The notes beneath the pieces are model-generated. The model saw nothing but the letters and a program-made list of their open reading frames with translations, was not told the DNA's origin and did no database searches. A stretch of 64,000 bases of DNA from Azolla caroliniana (taxonomy: Eukaryota > Plantae > Polypodiophyta), in contig JBHGNT010000022.1 in NCBI GenBank assembly GCA_043228905.1, positions 7,998,001 to 8,062,000 of the forward strand, written 5' to 3'. A program made the translations under genes and the position numbers. Positions 61,591 through 64,000 of the stretch are shown piece after piece (the stretch's first letter is position 1; each line of letters begins with the position of its first letter).

Positions 61591-64000
61591 AACACCGGGA
61601 CATTTGAAACAGGTAATATGTCGCATTTTAAGAACTATCCGTCAAAAAAAGACACAAAATAGGTCGATTGACAAAAAGGGGTGCCGCATGCGTAAAGGAT
61701 TTTCAAAAATGACCCAAAAATATATTGATTTTAAGCATGTCCAAAATTGTAGGTCTTTCAAAAAATGCCTAAATAATAGACATGCCAAACTTACAAAAGA
61801 ATGTACAAAATGACTACCACCTATATTTATACATATTCGTTAACTGACATTTTGATGTACAATTCAATATCTACAGATCAGGTGTCAAACTATCGCTTTC
61901 CAAGTCTATGCCATCATTTTTAGACCCATCCGATGAACTAGAAGAGCTTTGTGAGGTATCATCCTCATCATCACTGGCAACCAATGCATTGTCTTCATCC
62001 AATTGCAATCCAACATCACCATGGTTATGAGACATGCTTCTTGTTTGTCTTTGTGTAGTGGTTGGAGCCGCATTTGGGATCTTCTCTTTTAATATCTTGA
62101 TTGTGGTTTGTCTTAGATGGCTTGTTTTGGTCAAGGAGAAGTCATACACTAGTATGTCAACATTATCCAATGTAAGAACAGACGTGCTTGGTAGATTCTT
62201 TCTTCTTCGCTTTCTACTTGTGCCTTCAACATCCTTAACCATCTCTAAAGAGTACTTTCCAGAGAATGGATTTGGTGAAGAGGTGTGATACCAATGAACC
62301 ACAATGGACTTAACTTGATTGCCTGATTCATCCTTCATTATATCCAAAATTTTAGCAATCCAAAATGGATGGCCCAACTCATCATCCCCAGCTAATGTTG
62401 CAACTAACATCCCAACTTGTAGTTCATGCAAATTGCCTTGCCATCTTGCCTCTGCAGTACGCGATATTCTTGGTCCCACATAAATATCTCTCTGTCGTGG
62501 GCGAACTAGATTATTGAGTTCAACATTACCAATTAATTGATGGTTAGCAGGTGAAACTATTGACGGCATACCAATGTTCCATGTGAAAGCATTTTGGATT
62601 GGCCATACTCCGGCAATGTAGTTGTTTAAAATTGTATGTTGATGGTTAAAGAAGGTATCCCACCATTGAACATCTTGATCACCAGCATACTTCTTGGTGC
62701 GCTCAATATTTCTTTGTTTCTCTTCAAGGCATCGCATCCAATATATCTTTTTCTCATCAATTGAGTTGCTATGAACCATTTTTTTATGGTCATCATACGG
62801 CATTTGTTCTGCACCATGGATTTCTGTATTTGGAAAATAAAGTAAGAACCTACAACCCTCTTGTGGCTCCCATTGTGAACTAGATGAGTATTGTTTTGCA
62901 TACAACATCGTCGTGTTGTGGCTCATATCACTTCGTTTTATGAGGAAGACATGGTTAAAACTTATATTATTCAAAGGTGCAAGAACCCTACCTTGAGCCC
63001 CATCACCATCCATGCAGAAGCGTTTAAAATCATACACTTCATTCAACTGATGTACTTCGGGCTTCGGGGTATAAGCTTCACTGATCAACATTGTTAGCGT
63101 AGGAAGCGTGAAAGCATCACATCGTGCTAATTTCTTTGAGAACCTACTAAACATTTGATCTATATGATCATGGGTATGACCAACTAGTAAGAAGTTAACC
63201 TTAATCTTCTTAAATAAACCCTTCTCTACTAGCATGCTTAAGTAACCGAAAACAGTCGAGTTTTTGTTTTCTCTAGCTGTATTGTCAAGTTGCACATATA
63301 GAACAGGCGAGAGTATACCTGGCCAAGACTGCAACACTCTTTGCATGACTGTAACTGTAAGATTAGGGTTGTTGTGGATATTAGGATAAGTTAAGAATAC
63401 TTGAGGCCTTATTGTCTGACAATATGACAAGCAACCTACTAAATGCATTTGTACAAGGCATTCATCTCCAATATCCTTTGGCAACCTTTGAAAGTGTGGC
63501 AAACAAGTCTTCTTCTGATCGATGCCATCAATAATCATACACATATACCTTTCAGGTGATTGGAGAGCTTTTCGTCGGTGGTGCATAGCTTTAGAACGTT
63601 CCAATGCTTGACTCTCACGGTGTTCTTTCAATAGATTCTTGTAATTCTTTATTTCATCATCTGATTTCCCACCCTTTGCCATACTCTTTAAACTTGCACA
63701 TATTGAACAAACACCCATTCGAACTTTACGCGGTATAACCACATTGTTAAATTGTAACCTCCATAATCGATTGAAATGTCGATACTATATGTAAGGTACA
63801 CCTTGTGACAACATGTCGTCTTTATATTCTTGATACACCTCACGGCGAGTGAAATTATCAGACAAGTGCAATCTCCCAGTAGTGGGCATAATATCACATT
63901 GCTTTGAGAAATATATCTCCATCCAATTAATAGAATGACGCCCTATAAGACCCTTACTACCAGAGGAATTCATATCAAAAGGTATAAACGATCCCTTCAC
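61591..64000 (-). mobile_element. third Sola-like element (distinct subfamily), runs off the window
   Basis: Starts AACACCGGGAC exactly where the host repeat homology breaks; transposase stop 280 bp inside, similar to copy 1 (358 bp). Confidence 0.7.
61871..64000 (-). CDS. Sola-like/DUF7869 DDE transposase (partial, in-frame stop near 63785)
   Basis: MPTTGRLHLSDN, IDGIDQKKTCLPH, QLDNTARENKN, GHTHDHIDQMFS, FWIAKI...VHWY; clear paralogue of 16251-19031. Confidence 0.85.

Overview
Repeat-dense land-plant nuclear DNA: TTTAGGG repeats, GT-AG introns, Ty1/copia, Ty3/gypsy and LINE debris. The TE repertoire suggests a large-genome seed-free plant such as a fern, but that is inference only. The only host-type gene is a UDP-glycosyltransferase pseudogene (10258-11548). 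The main find is a ~9 kb cut-and-paste DNA transposon (15893-30261, including a 5.3 kb copia insert), with ~34-bp TIRs starting AACAC and a 4-bp TSD (TAAT). It carries two divergent genes: an intact Sola-like/DUF7869-type DDE transposase, and a six-exon gene for a ~974-aa protein fusing a ParB/Srx-like domain to a prokaryote-type beta-class DNA amino-methyltransferase (DIPY...DLFSGTGTT). Intron 1 of that gene holds five perfect 25-bp palindromes at a 51-52 bp period, reminiscent of parS or operator sites. A second, inverted and decayed copy (30798-~50924) is split by nested retroelements, and a third related transposase with an AACAC terminus starts at 61591. Other oddities: an inverted LTR-LTR element with a clean 5-bp TSD, a chimeric 498-bp tandem duplication, a tRNA-SINE with TSD, and telomere repeats patched into one copy of a repeat.
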